From a virus, in the IMG/VR virus record IMGVR_UViG_3300024265_000045, positions 1-64,000 of that record: a stretch of 64,000 nucleotides of DNA; one strand, given 5' to 3'. Position numbers and translations under genes: made by a program. Shown here one piece after another: positions 1-9,295 of this stretch (positions are counted from its first letter, which is position 1; every line of letters begins with the position of its first letter). The notes beneath the pieces were generated by a model. That model saw nothing but the letters and a program-made list of their open reading frames with translations, made no database searches and had not been told where the DNA came from.

Positions 1-1313
1 TTTACGAATAATTTTTCTTTGTCAATATCCCAATATGTTCTATTTCGTAATGGAATTATCGGAGCCTCTCGCACCATTCGGAGTCTTAATTCTACAGTTG
101 TTACTCGACTAAAGTTATCCTGAGGATTTAATCCAAACTTTTTGTTCAAAGTAGAACTCCACATTTCAGTACCTTCTTCAAGAACGAGTTTGGTTTCTTT
201 GTTATACCAGAACACTCTACCTTGTTCAGACACTTGAAATATTTTACCACCTTCATCATTTAAGATGCTCCAAATCGTACTACTTGCAAGTCTGACAAGT
301 GTTAGCTTTGGCTGACCTTTTGTATATCTAATATCATCAAGAAGATTTACAGTATCGGGAGCTCGCATCAAAGATACCAACTCTGTCAACTTTCTCATTG
401 CTGTTACTGGAAGGATCTCTCCCAATCCTTGTCGACCTCTGACACTTTTACCTTCTTTGTGGCGAGCAAATGTAGACCTTATAGTTTGAAATCTATTTGC
501 TAAATCATTGTCATGCGTAGCCTCAGCGATTTTACGTATAAGTTCTTTAGATTGATCCGAACCCCAACCTTCGTGAGCTAAGAATCCCGATAAGTATAAA
601 GATAAGTCATGACGTTTTCCTTCAATCCAATATTCAGATAACAAAGCTACTAATTGAAGGTCTGGTGGATGTTCTTCCTGAATTATGCTCATTATATTTT
701 GATAATTAGTTTTACGACTAAGCATAACTATAGGATCCAAAATTGGTCCTTTTTCCCAATTTGCTTCTGGATCTATGAACTTACTAAATTCCCCTGTTTT
801 TGGATGAACTCCAAGCGGAATTTTTAGAAGATTTCCTTTGGGTCTTGACTTGGATAGAGAGTCTTGTTTAGGAAATGTCTCTACATGAGTTGCTCCACTA
901 GACGGCAGGTTCTCGGTTGCTCGAACCCATTCTGCAACCTTTTTCGCGTGTTTAGCTAACATGGGTTCTTCTAGGAAAATTAAAACATGATAGCCTTTAC
1001 CACCTGAATATTCAATAACATGAGGTATATCTTCCAAATAAGCAGTAATCCTGAGTACAATCTCTTTAGCTTTTTCAAGATCAATACTATCGACATCCCA
1101 TCCTAACCACCTAACTGAATTTGATGTTTGTTGGAGTTGATAAGCTCCAGCAATAACATTTCCATCTATATGTTCCTGTAGAATATTTTCAGTGAGAGAT
1201 GCTTCTACCGGAGTATATGCAATATCAGTACCTCTACTTCTAGCAACAGCATGATAAGGATTGTCTCCGAAAATGCGTAGAAGTAGTCGTACGATGTGGT
1301 CATTTTCAGTCAT
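1..1313 (-). CDS. AEP-superfamily primase-polymerase (TOTE/CAPP-like catalytic domain plus PriCT-like region), runs off the window edge
   Basis: Not in the ORF track because it has no stop inside the window. Manual translation from ATG at 1313 (overlaps the polA stop, TAATG): MTENDHIVRLL...RWLGWDVDS (motif I DxD)...EYSGGKGYHV (motif II)...ETFPKQD...GNLLKIPLGVHP. Confidence 0.85.
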   Translation of the reverse strand, partial: MTENDHIVRLLLRIFGDNPYHAVARSRGTDIAYTPVEASLTENILQEHIDGNVIAGAYQLQQTSNSVRWLGWDVDSIDLEKAKEIVLRITAYLEDIPHVIEYSGGKGYHVLIFLEEPMLAKHAKKVAEWVRATENLPSSGATHVETFPKQDSLSKSRPKGNLLKIPLGVHPKTGEFSKFIDPEANWEKGPILDPIVMLSRKTNYQNIMSIIQEEHPPDLQLVALLSEYWIEGKRHDLSLYLSGFLAHEGWGSDQSKELIRKIAEATHDNDLANRFQTIRSTFARHKEGKSVRGRQGLGEILPVTAMRKLTELVSLMRAPDTVNLLDDIRYTKGQPKLTLVRLASSTIWSILNDEGGKIFQVSEQGRVFWYNKETKLVLEEGTEMWSSTLNKKFGLNPQDNFSRVTTVELRLRMVREAPIIPLRNRTYWDIDKEKLFV

Positions 1314-3259
1314 TAATTATTCTCTTGTGCTTGTACTTGTGCTTGTACTTTTTCTTGAGATACTCTACGTTCTTCTGAAGCTATTTCAGATGCTAATAAA
1401 AATGCTTCTAATTCAGACTGCGAAAATTCTTGTTCAGAGGCTATAACTTCTGAATCAAGCGGATAAAGTTCACCATAACTTTTTCCAATTTTAGTATCAG
1501 TTACAAATGGTATGTTGAAAATATCAGGAACTTGCATAAGTTCACTTAGCTTATTAGCAGAACGAACTAAATGTTCATCCGGAATTTCAAAGATTAATTC
1601 ATCATGAACTAAATTTAAAAGATTATGGTCAGTCCCTTGCTTTCTGCACCACTTGGCTGAGCGTATTTCAGCTACAGATAAAATGTCAGCGCACCCTCCT
1701 TGAATCTGTGCATTAGCTCCACGATACATATAGTCTCTATCTTCTTCTCTCCATATTCTCCCACTCCAATATCTAAGATATAAATAATCTTCACATTGAG
1801 CAATTCTCTCAAGAAGCCAGGGTTGAATACGGGGGAATGTTTGATAATATTTTTCTGTTATTTTCTTAGCTTCATATTTTGATTTATTTAATCGATACAT
1901 CAAAGTACCGAGAGTCATTCCATAAATAAGTCCAAAAGAAATAGTTTTACTCCATTCTCTATGAACTTTATCTCTCGTACCCCATACAGCTTCAGCAATA
2001 TCTCCATGAATATCTCTTCCAGCATATAAGGAGGAGAGCATAAATGGGTCTTCGGATAAAATACCGAACATTCGCATCTCCATTTGCTTATAGTCAATTG
2101 CTAATAGTGATTTACCAGGACGGGATATAAATGCTTTTCGAAGATTGTATTCCTCAGTTCGTTCCATACTGCCTGTGTAGACACTTTGAGTGAATCTACC
2201 CCGAACAGAACTAGGAACATTTTGAAGATTAGGTTTGCTTGAACTTAATCTTCCTGTTCTAGTTCCTGTTAGATTGAATGAAGAATGAACTACATTATTT
2301 TCGTCTGATAGAGTAGCCCATCGCTCAAGTGTCTTTGCCAGTTTAGCAGTTTCTCGTAAAGAAGCTATTAGCTCTCCTAAAGGATGCTTTACTTTCTCCA
2401 TAAGAAGGAAGGTACTGGTAGAAGCAGAATTGTACTTTCCTTTATCAGCAAATTTACTGCGATCAACTCCGTCAGCATCAGCAAATGGATTTACAGGTCT
2501 AGCAATTCCGAGACCCTCGTAGATCGCATTACTTAATTGCTTGTGACTGCGCCAATTAAATCTAGCACCGCAAGAATCGTATAAAGCTTCTGCTAATTTT
2601 GACTCAGTTTCTCGTAAAGCATCGTGAGCTCTATGCGTATAAGGTATATTGACTAGAAATCCAGTTTCTTCAACATCTATTAAATCACAAAGATAAAACA
2701 TATCCTTAACAAATACTGGAAGAAGTAAATTCTCTTCCAGTACAGGATATAATTTTTCAGCTAGATCGTAGGTTACAAGAGCATCGTTACAGCAGTATTT
2801 GACGGTAAGGTCTAAATCCCATTCCCAAACTTTATTTTTCTTTCCTCTAGGAGGTTCTTCTTGATATCCTCTTTTACTATCACTTCCAAGATAAATGTGT
2901 TCAGCGTTCGTTAATGCTTTACGAACACGACTATCTACTAAATGAACCATAACTGTCGTATCCCACAGAGTCCATCCAAGTTCTCTGGGTTGTATTCTCA
3001 AAAAGTGACAGTCAAATTTAGCATTATGCATGATGACAGTTGTTTCAGGACTTAACTGTCTCGTAAGATTTTTTAGATCTTCTATTTCTTTATAGTTTTC
3101 CACAGGCATATATCCCCAGACTTCTGCGTCTGGACAATATATTCCCATGCCAATGATTTTATTATCCCAAAATTTTAATCCAGTTGTTTCAAGATCAATG
3201 GCTACTTTCTTTCCGGAACACTCTAGAATTTTGCTCCGTGAAATTATTCCCATTTCCAT
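1313..3259 (-). CDS. polA: Family A DNA polymerase with 3'-5' exonuclease, no 5'-3' exonuclease
   Basis: ExoI DLETTG, HNAKFD, TGRLSSSKPNLQN, motif A DYKQMEMR, motif B KTISFGLIYG (Phe at the 762-equivalent position), motif C VHDELIFE. Confidence 0.97.
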   Translation of the reverse strand: MEMGIISRSKILECSGKKVAIDLETTGLKFWDNKIIGMGIYCPDAEVWGYMPVENYKEIEDLKNLTRQLSPETTVIMHNAKFDCHFLRIQPRELGWTLWDTTVMVHLVDSRVRKALTNAEHIYLGSDSKRGYQEEPPRGKKNKVWEWDLDLTVKYCCNDALVTYDLAEKLYPVLEENLLLPVFVKDMFYLCDLIDVEETGFLVNIPYTHRAHDALRETESKLAEALYDSCGARFNWRSHKQLSNAIYEGLGIARPVNPFADADGVDRSKFADKGKYNSASTSTFLLMEKVKHPLGELIASLRETAKLAKTLERWATLSDENNVVHSSFNLTGTRTGRLSSSKPNLQNVPSSVRGRFTQSVYTGSMERTEEYNLRKAFISRPGKSLLAIDYKQMEMRMFGILSEDPFMLSSLYAGRDIHGDIAEAVWGTRDKVHREWSKTISFGLIYGMTLGTLMYRLNKSKYEAKKITEKYYQTFPRIQPWLLERIAQCEDYLYLRYWSGRIWREEDRDYMYRGANAQIQGGCADILSVAEIRSAKWCRKQGTDHNLLNLVHDELIFEIPDEHLVRSANKLSELMQVPDIFNIPFVTDTKIGKSYGELYPLDSEVIASEQEFSQSELEAFLLASEIASEERRVSQEKVQAQVQAQENN

Positions 3260-3401
3260 CCTTATCCTCCGAAATACTTACAGTAATGAATTGTATGTCA
3301 TAAAACTCATATTCTGCATCACAAGTAGGGCAATAGAAAGTCCAACCCATACGAGTCTCTAAATCAATTTCTGCACACTTTTTGCAAGATGCAACTATCA
3401 T
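3195..3401 (-). CDS. Small zinc-ribbon protein
   Basis: CKKC and CPTC pairs; co-oriented within the operon. Confidence 0.55.
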   Translation of the reverse strand: MIVASCKKCAEIDLETRMGWTFYCPTCDAEYEFYDIQFITVSISEDKDGNGNNFTEQNSRVFRKESSH

Positions 3402-3407
3402 ATCATG

Positions 3408-3764
3408 TTAGTTATCTTTTGCTTGTAACACCCGAGTATCTATAATAGCTGGTTGAAATACAGGCATGAATATGACTAAAATAATTTTCTCTAACTGACT
3501 CACAGGCATATCCGCTACTAGAGTTATTATCATTTGTTGATTTGCCAGTTCAGATGCTCTAGAAGCTAATTCACCAAAAAAATCTGACTGACCTTTATTA
3601 CATAAACTGAACATATAATTAGGATTGACAAACACATAGGATACAGGATCTCCTATAATTATATCCTCAGTTATAAGTAATTTACTCGGAGATACCATTT
3701 TTATCCTTGTATATACAGGGTCTATCAAAACTAGCTTCAAATCCGCATGGCTCGGGATATTCAT
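3408..3764 (-). CDS. Hypothetical protein
   Basis: Co-oriented ORF filling the operon gap; true start may be downstream of 3764. Confidence 0.5.
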   Translation of the reverse strand: MNIPSHADLKLVLIDPVYTRIKMVSPSKLLITEDIIIGDPVSYVFVNPNYMFSLCNKGQSDFFGELASRASELANQQMIITLVADMPVSQLEKIILVIFMPVFQPAIIDTRVLQAKDN

Positions 3765-4455
3765 ACGGAGCTTTTAGAAATGAGGAAATATTAGCTCCCA
3801 AAGTATTATTCGCTAAATCTTTCATCTTTGTCAGAACATCTTGCCACTCTCCCGCTTGAGCTTGACAACACATCCTCTGCTTGTAAATGTTAGCAAGAGT
3901 TGATAAAGCACAACCGAAAAATACAGCGGTAAGAATATTAGTGGGCAATATTCCTCGAGCATCTTGACTAGGAATACCCTTTTTAAGTAGCAGTTCATAC
4001 GTATCTATAGTTAATACACCAACATCTGTATATACTGAGCTACAATCTTTTGAATTAGCTATATTTGTAGCTGTTAAAATAGAATATGTATTTTTCATAC
4101 CCAAGAAACGCATACTTTCTTGAGCGTAAGATGCTCCTACTCTAGTTCTAACTAACTGATGGGTAAAAGCTCTAGACACATCAGTAATTAGCCAAACTAT
4201 ATACATCATTTCAAGGGGGGTTCGTAATTGAGTATTGTGCATATCTTTCACAGCTTTGGTTATAGTTTTATCTGAAACATCCATAGCATCTAAAACTCCA
4301 CTGTAAGTTCCAACGACTTTAGCTAAGGTTTGTTCTGCTCGTTTCATCCAATCGATCAGATAAACCTTAGCGGTTGGGGACTTTACAAATCTTACATTGT
4401 AAGTTGTATTGTCTTTTCTAATCTTTTGAATCTGATGTACAACATTGTTCTCCAT
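3682..4455 (-). CDS. thyX: ThyX-like flavin-dependent thymidylate synthase homolog (divergent)
   Basis: DVSRAFTHQLVRTRVGASYAQESMRF, DARGILP, RMCCQAQ.EW. The canonical RHR is RTR here. Confidence 0.85.
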   Translation of the reverse strand: MENNVVHQIQKIRKDNTTYNVRFVKSPTAKVYLIDWMKRAEQTLAKVVGTYSGVLDAMDVSDKTITKAVKDMHNTQLRTPLEMMYIVWLITDVSRAFTHQLVRTRVGASYAQESMRFLGMKNTYSILTATNIANSKDCSSVYTDVGVLTIDTYELLLKKGIPSQDARGILPTNILTAVFFGCALSTLANIYKQRMCCQAQAGEWQDVLTKMKDLANNTLGANISSFLKAPYEYPEPCGFEASFDRPCIYKDKNGISE

Positions 4456-4801
4456 ATTCGATCTCCTTTACATCTTGTCCTGTCCAATTTCCTAATTCCA
4501 TCATTGCCAATGCAATCATGGAATATATTCCTATGTCCCTAAATATATTGTCAAGAGCATCTGTAGATTTTATACGCTCTTCAGGCGTAGCATTCAGTAC
4601 ATGTGTTCTCAATCTAGCAATTGCTCCTATCAATTCTACACTAGCTCCTAACACTCCAGTTTCAAGAATAGCATCACCGTGTTCTCTATTCTTTCGAACA
4701 AAAAGATTGGTCATTTCAAAAGCATTAGTGCAAATCTGATGTTCACGATCCTCTAATCTTTGCTCTAGCTTCATGTTGTTTGATTGTTGTTCTGACTCCA
4801 T
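4418..4801 (-). CDS. Small helical protein, DUF1599 / nucleotide-modification-associated-domain-like
   Basis: LFVRKNREHGDA...DIGIYSMIAL pattern; GGAGG RBS; sits between thyX and the pyrophosphatase gene. Confidence 0.6.
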   Translation of the reverse strand: MESEQQSNNMKLEQRLEDREHQICTNAFEMTNLFVRKNREHGDAILETGVLGASVELIGAIARLRTHVLNATPEERIKSTDALDNIFRDIGIYSMIALAMMELGNWTGQDVKEIEYGEQCCTSDSKD

Positions 4802-5711
4802 ATTTGGGATCCTCCATAAAATTATCTACAAAAGCTACGTTATTTAATTCTCCCTCCAAAAATTCGTTATACGGAAATCTACGAGCAATAACTGGAATTC
4901 CTGAAGTTGCTGCTCGCATAATCCATACTGGATCATCATCTAAAATAATAACTTTATTGTTGACTGCAAGTTCATCAGCTAACAATATTCTCTTATCTTT
5001 AACAAACAAGAGATATTCAGGATTTAATCCGTGTAAAGACAGCCATGAATATGTGTCAAACCATACACTTTGAATTTCAGGAAATGGTCTAGCTGTAACG
5101 AATATGACTTTGAATCCTATAGATTGTAATTTTTTCACATATTGCGTAGCGTCTTTATATTCCTGAGCAAATACGTACATTCCAGCTTCTTCCAATCCTC
5201 GTTTCATTACTGCATAGTCAGGATATCTCATAGACAATACTTGATCCATCAGTAATGTTGATTGAGGTATGTCTGAAGTATCTTGGTCAGCCCACTCAAT
5301 AATTGTGTCATGTAAATTTACCAAAATTCCATCTAAATCAACAATTAAAATTTGCTCATTTGTAAGAAGTATATTTTCCTGAGTTAACATATGTTCAAGA
5401 AATTTGCTTTTTCTATCAACATATATTTGAATTTGCTCTGCCGAAAATCCCCAGATTTCCCATAGAGATAAAACATATTTAGTAAGATCAGCTAGTTGAT
5501 GTCCTATATTAGTTTCAATAAATTTAATGTCTTGCTTACGATGTCTTTTCCAATGAATAGCATCTAAAACATCATCTATTTCTGAAATCAAACCAAGTAA
5601 ATAAGTAGATGTCCATTCTTCTTTCGACAAAGGATTTGCCGCTCGTATTACGTTGTTATATTTTGACTGCTGTTCTAGCATAAGTTTCAAAATATTTTTA
5701 TCATTGCCCAT
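4743..5711 (-). CDS. All-alpha NTP pyrophosphatase (dUTPase/MazG-like) fused to a HAD-family nucleotidase
   Basis: N-terminal EIDDVLDAIHWKRHR...QLADLTKY; C-terminal HAD motifs LIVDLDG, FVTAR, ILDDDP. Confidence 0.8.
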   Translation of the reverse strand: MGNDKNILKLMLEQQSKYNNVIRAANPLSKEEWTSTYLLGLISEIDDVLDAIHWKRHRKQDIKFIETNIGHQLADLTKYVLSLWEIWGFSAEQIQIYVDRKSKFLEHMLTQENILLTNEQILIVDLDGILVNLHDTIIEWADQDTSDIPQSTLLMDQVLSMRYPDYAVMKRGLEEAGMYVFAQEYKDATQYVKKLQSIGFKVIFVTARPFPEIQSVWFDTYSWLSLHGLNPEYLLFVKDKRILLADELAVNNKVIILDDDPVWIMRAATSGIPVIARRFPYNEFLEGELNNVAFVDNFMEDPKYGVRTTIKQHEARAKIRGS

Positions 5712-6456
5712 TTCGAATGACTTCCTTTACTTTGGTATAAACTTCATGAGCTAATAATTTTCTATTTCCTGTAGCCAAACGTCCAATAGAAAAAACATTT
5801 GTTGGAAAAGTTAGCAACTCTACAGGAATAGTTGGATGAAGATCAAGAAATGTAGATAGCTCTTCCTTAGAATTATACCAAAAAGCATATTCCACAGAGA
5901 GTTTGCCAAATAACATAGACATTCGAACAACGGGATCGTCTCGAAGTCCATTATAGAGAACCAAATTAAATTCGCTTTGACATTTTTTTAGTAATACTGG
6001 AATGTATACAAGACCTTTACACATATTCGAAGTTATCTCTTCTTGAAGCAAGAAGGATTTAAATACAATGTCATAAGATTTTGCCAGTCGAATTATTTCT
6101 TCTGCGGAAGTAAATGTTCTAGCTTTAATCGCATGTAAATTTTGCCACAATGAACCTAAAACAAAATATGGTTCAAATGCAAATTCCATAAAGTATTGAT
6201 ACGAAAAGGATGAAGCTAATGTATCATCTCCCCATTGTTTTCCAACATATCCCAAAGAATCTCCAACTGAAGTTATATGAATTGGAAATTGTTGACTATG
6301 GTCAGACATAGAAGCAGGAAGCCATCTAAGCCAAAAAGCTCCAGACACTTCCATTCGTAAATCCGTAGCAAAAACATCTATATCACATTTTTCCTCTGAT
6401 GCAGCTTGGAAAGCATATGCAGCAGACGGACCCCCTCCTAAAATAGCAACTCGCAT
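5701..6456 (-). CDS. FAD/NAD(P)-binding oxidoreductase-like protein
   Basis: N-terminal Rossmann motif MRVAILGGGPSA; C-terminal NVFSIGRLA resembles the GR motif of UDP-galactopyranose-mutase-like flavoproteins. Confidence 0.7.
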   Translation of the reverse strand: MRVAILGGGPSAAYAFQAASEEKCDIDVFATDLRMEVSGAFWLRWLPASMSDHSQQFPIHITSVGDSLGYVGKQWGDDTLASSFSYQYFMEFAFEPYFVLGSLWQNLHAIKARTFTSAEEIIRLAKSYDIVFKSFLLQEEITSNMCKGLVYIPVLLKKCQSEFNLVLYNGLRDDPVVRMSMLFGKLSVEYAFWYNSKEELSTFLDLHPTIPVELLTFPTNVFSIGRLATGNRKLLAHEVYTKVKEVIRNGQ

Positions 6457-6457
6457 G

Positions 6458-6859
6458 TTATCCTCCGGATTGAAATATTATGTTTGGATCAATGTTACGA
6501 GTAATAAGAAAATGATAGCGTAAAAGATTTAAAGCATCTGATTCATGTTGACTAATATTTTTATATTTCCATTTTCGAGCTTTCGCTATGGGTTTCCAAT
6601 GTCCTGGAAGTATACGAATAAATTTCTTAGTGCCGAATATTTGATCTAAATAACTATATATGGGACTGGTTCTCAAGGGAAATTTTTCTATGATAACTTT
6701 GTCAAACATACTGTCTATCAATGAAAAAATTTGAGGTTCATCCTGACATAATTTGAGAAATATTTCAGAATTATACGAAAATACATCCAAGGAAGTATTC
6801 GTAACAGTAGCGATAGCAACTCCTGTCGTGCGTCCGGGATCAAGACCTAGCCAGAACAT
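6458..6859 (-). CDS. RuvC-like Holliday junction resolvase (phage type)
   Basis: LGLDPGRTTGVA, VIIEKF, HESDA. Confidence 0.8.
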   Translation of the reverse strand: MFWLGLDPGRTTGVAIATVTNTSLDVFSYNSEIFLKLCQDEPQIFSLIDSMFDKVIIEKFPLRTSPIYSYLDQIFGTKKFIRILPGHWKPIAKARKWKYKNISQHESDALNLLRYHFLITRNIDPNIIFQSGG

Positions 6860-6862
6860 AAT

Positions 6863-6903
6863 AAAAAAAACGGCGGGGGAGTACTCCTCGTCCTCCCCCC
6901 GCC
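6863..6903 (-). terminator. Intrinsic terminator after the SSB gene
   Basis: GC-rich stem GGCGGGGG/CCCCCCGCC followed by T8 on the minus strand. Confidence 0.8.
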
Positions 6904-6925
6904 TTACACCAGAAAATAGCTGGAA

Positions 6926-7396
6926 CTACTTCAAAACGTCCGTAGGTATGCCTTCAGGCATCTTAACTTCTGGAACGTTGCTGTCAGATCCAGACATTGT
7001 ATGACTGGACTTGGCTGTCACAACTGGAGAAGTTTTCGCTGCTTTGTCGCTTCGAGCAAATACCTGAACACATTTCTGTCTCATTGTTCCCTGATATTCT
7101 TCATTGGCAATCTTACCACGAATAACCTTGCCAACAAAATCGTGATGATCCATCTCACCGGTTTCCGGAACTCCGCAAGCATTGAAAAATTCTTCGGTTT
7201 TCCAACGAGCATTCGGGGACAAAGATACCATCAGAAGAGTGGTAGCACCCTTCTCCGGAGTATTATCCTGGCAAGTGAGTTGGAACATCCAATACGGAAA
7301 TTCCCCAGTCTGCCGTTCTTCACTTTTGGTGATCTTGAAGAGATGTATCCCTTCAGAGAGCTCAACAATTTCACGCTTCAAATTTACTTTTGTCAT
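6926..7396 (-). CDS. DUF669-like single-stranded DNA-binding protein
   Basis: EGIHLFKITKSEE...ARWK...FFNACG...FVGK...EEYQG; flexible C-terminal tail; follows the Sak4-like gene. Confidence 0.7.
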   Translation of the reverse strand: MTKVNLKREIVELSEGIHLFKITKSEERQTGEFPYWMFQLTCQDNTPEKGATTLLMVSLSPNARWKTEEFFNACGVPETGEMDHHDFVGKVIRGKIANEEYQGTMRQKCVQVFARSDKAAKTSPVVTAKSSHTMSGSDSNVPEVKMPEGIPTDVLK

Positions 7397-7432
7397 ATTT
7401 AATTACTCCTTAATTGTGAACTAAAAAATTGA

Positions 7433-8128
7433 TTACGCCCAAAATGACATGATTTGTTCATATGTGGGACCTTCCATTATTTGAGGCAACGCATCTGAAC
7501 GATCTTTTGTTACTTGTAGTTGACCATCAAATGTCATTACTCGTATAGTCTCTCCTTCTGCATTTTCAGACTTGTCCATAAATCCAACAATATCCATCAT
7601 TCGACAGTAATTTCTGGCAGTCTTTTTACCAACAAGCTGTGGAACGATAGGGTCAGTTTCATATTGTCTAGCTTCAGACTGAGCTACAAATATAACATTC
7701 ATGGGCAAACTCTTCAAATCTCGAACCATTTTGTCGGCTCTATGAAGCATATATCCATAATCTGACTGACTAGGTAGATCTTGATAGGCTCTTCGTATAG
7801 CAGGAAATTTCCTGATTAAATATTCCATACATTTTTCTTGAAGTTCATTAAGAGAATCTACAACAACTGTTTTATAGCCATGCTCGGACTGTTCAATAAA
7901 CTCAAAAGCTTCCTCTAGATCTTCCCATAGTTCAATACCAAATTTACCTACCTTCAACTTAACTGAATCTAAACCTCCATCTATGTCAAGAAATACAACC
8001 TCATCCCAGGTTGAGCCAAATCTGGTCTTACCAACTCCTGACTCACCGTACACTAGCATTTTCACTCTTTTAGTATTAAATACTCCAGAATGAGTTTCTA
8101 ACATTAATCGTCCTTCTTCATCACGCAT
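7433..8128 (-). CDS. Sak4-like (AAA_24) ATPase / recombinase
   Basis: Walker A YGESGVGKT, FLDIDGG, Walker B TVVVDSL, DIVGFM, KDR. Confidence 0.88.
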   Translation of the reverse strand: MRDEEGRLMLETHSGVFNTKRVKMLVYGESGVGKTRFGSTWDEVVFLDIDGGLDSVKLKVGKFGIELWEDLEEAFEFIEQSEHGYKTVVVDSLNELQEKCMEYLIRKFPAIRRAYQDLPSQSDYGYMLHRADKMVRDLKSLPMNVIFVAQSEARQYETDPIVPQLVGKKTARNYCRMMDIVGFMDKSENAEGETIRVMTFDGQLQVTKDRSDALPQIMEGPTYEQIMSFWA

Positions 8129-8139
8129 TTACTTTCTCC

Positions 8140-8964
8140 TTACGCATCTCTAGTAAAATCTCGTTCAAATGATTCTAAAATAATATCAGCATCTCCACAA
8201 TCATTTATGCTTTGACATACGGGAAAGAAAGAACAATCCCAAGCACATTCACGTACAGGAGTTCTATAAATCATATATCCAACATTAGGTACATTTTCAT
8301 GGAAGTCTCGCATTTCGCCTAATTGTTTGGTTATCTCATTCTCGATATATTCCAACCCCTCGATATTTCGAAACAATCGTATCCGTTCAACAGGTTCATT
8401 CGCTGCTTTCCCACCTTTTGTCATCCGTACAATGTTATATAAGACACCATACGGATTAAGACCAATTTTATGCGAAGCTAACATATATAGACTTATTTGA
8501 GCATCCACATCTAAATGTCCAGTAGACACCTGTTTCAGAAATTTATGCTCTAAGATCCAAGTCATATCTTTTATTTTTACTATTCCATCTATATAACCAA
8601 TAACTGGAATTCCAGCTATGTCAATTTCAAATTTAAACTCTGTTTTTTCCACTGTAAAGCTATCGTTATCTCTAGCCCAGTCGAAATATCGCGGTAGAAC
8701 AACTTGTAACAAATCCCACTCCTTGTCCAAGGATGAATCCAAAGTCATCTCTGCATCAGTCAAATGATCCATAGCTATCCGCATAGCTTCTTTATCATCT
8801 GCCGTTCTGTACCATTCATCCATTGCTTTATGGCAAGCAGAACCTTTAATTAGACCAACTCCAGCAACGGGAACATAATTTTTTACATATTTCCAAAAAT
8901 ATCTTTGCTTACATCTGCGCCAAGTTGACATACTTGTATGTGAAAATCTACGTGGTTTCGTCAT
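8140..8964 (-). CDS. PD-(D/E)XK exonuclease (RecB/Cas4-like, probable Fe-S cysteines)
   Basis: SHTSMSTWRRC, GSACH, GYIDGI, ILEHK, QISLY, CAWDCSFFPVC. Confidence 0.88.
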   Translation of the reverse strand: MTKPRRFSHTSMSTWRRCKQRYFWKYVKNYVPVAGVGLIKGSACHKAMDEWYRTADDKEAMRIAMDHLTDAEMTLDSSLDKEWDLLQVVLPRYFDWARDNDSFTVEKTEFKFEIDIAGIPVIGYIDGIVKIKDMTWILEHKFLKQVSTGHLDVDAQISLYMLASHKIGLNPYGVLYNIVRMTKGGKAANEPVERIRLFRNIEGLEYIENEITKQLGEMRDFHENVPNVGYMIYRTPVRECAWDCSFFPVCQSINDCGDADIILESFERDFTRDA

Positions 8965-9295
8965 CTATTTCTCCTACTCGAATTTTAATAAATGAATATT
9001 CTTTATTCTTATACACTCCCATATTTATTTCAGTATCTGGAAATAATTTGCCTAAAACTATTCCAATAATGAAATTCATAAATGTTTTTCCAGCTGGGAG
9101 AAAAGCATCTTTTTCAGGATTGAATTCAGCAAAAGACTCAGCAATAATTTTGATAACAATATCTTGATCATCGAATCCAGAAGTTACATATTTTATTCTG
9201 GAGGTATGCTCAGATAAAGTTGAAAAATCATGTGATGGTTCACATACATAAATTGTATCAAACCAATCGCAATTTAATGAAGGAGCATCCATCAT
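8948..9295 (-). CDS. Hypothetical protein
   Basis: Overlaps both neighbours, consistent with translational coupling. Confidence 0.6.
   Translation of the reverse strand: MMDAPSLNCDWFDTIYVCEPSHDFSTLSEHTSRIKYVTSGFDDQDIVIKIIAESFAEFNPEKDAFLPAGKTFMNFIIGIVLGKLFPDTEINMGVYKNKEYSFIKIRVGEIDDETT

Noticed and set aside
1313-3259. DpoZ / Z-genome system
   Set aside because: No PurZ or DatZ-like gene is recognisable; the adjacent cluster is pyrimidine-oriented.
8140-8964. Cas4-like nuclease plus CAPP-like primase as a CRISPR adaptation module
   Set aside because: The nuclease lies in the standard phage Sak4-SSB-exonuclease recombination cluster; no cas1, cas2 or array.
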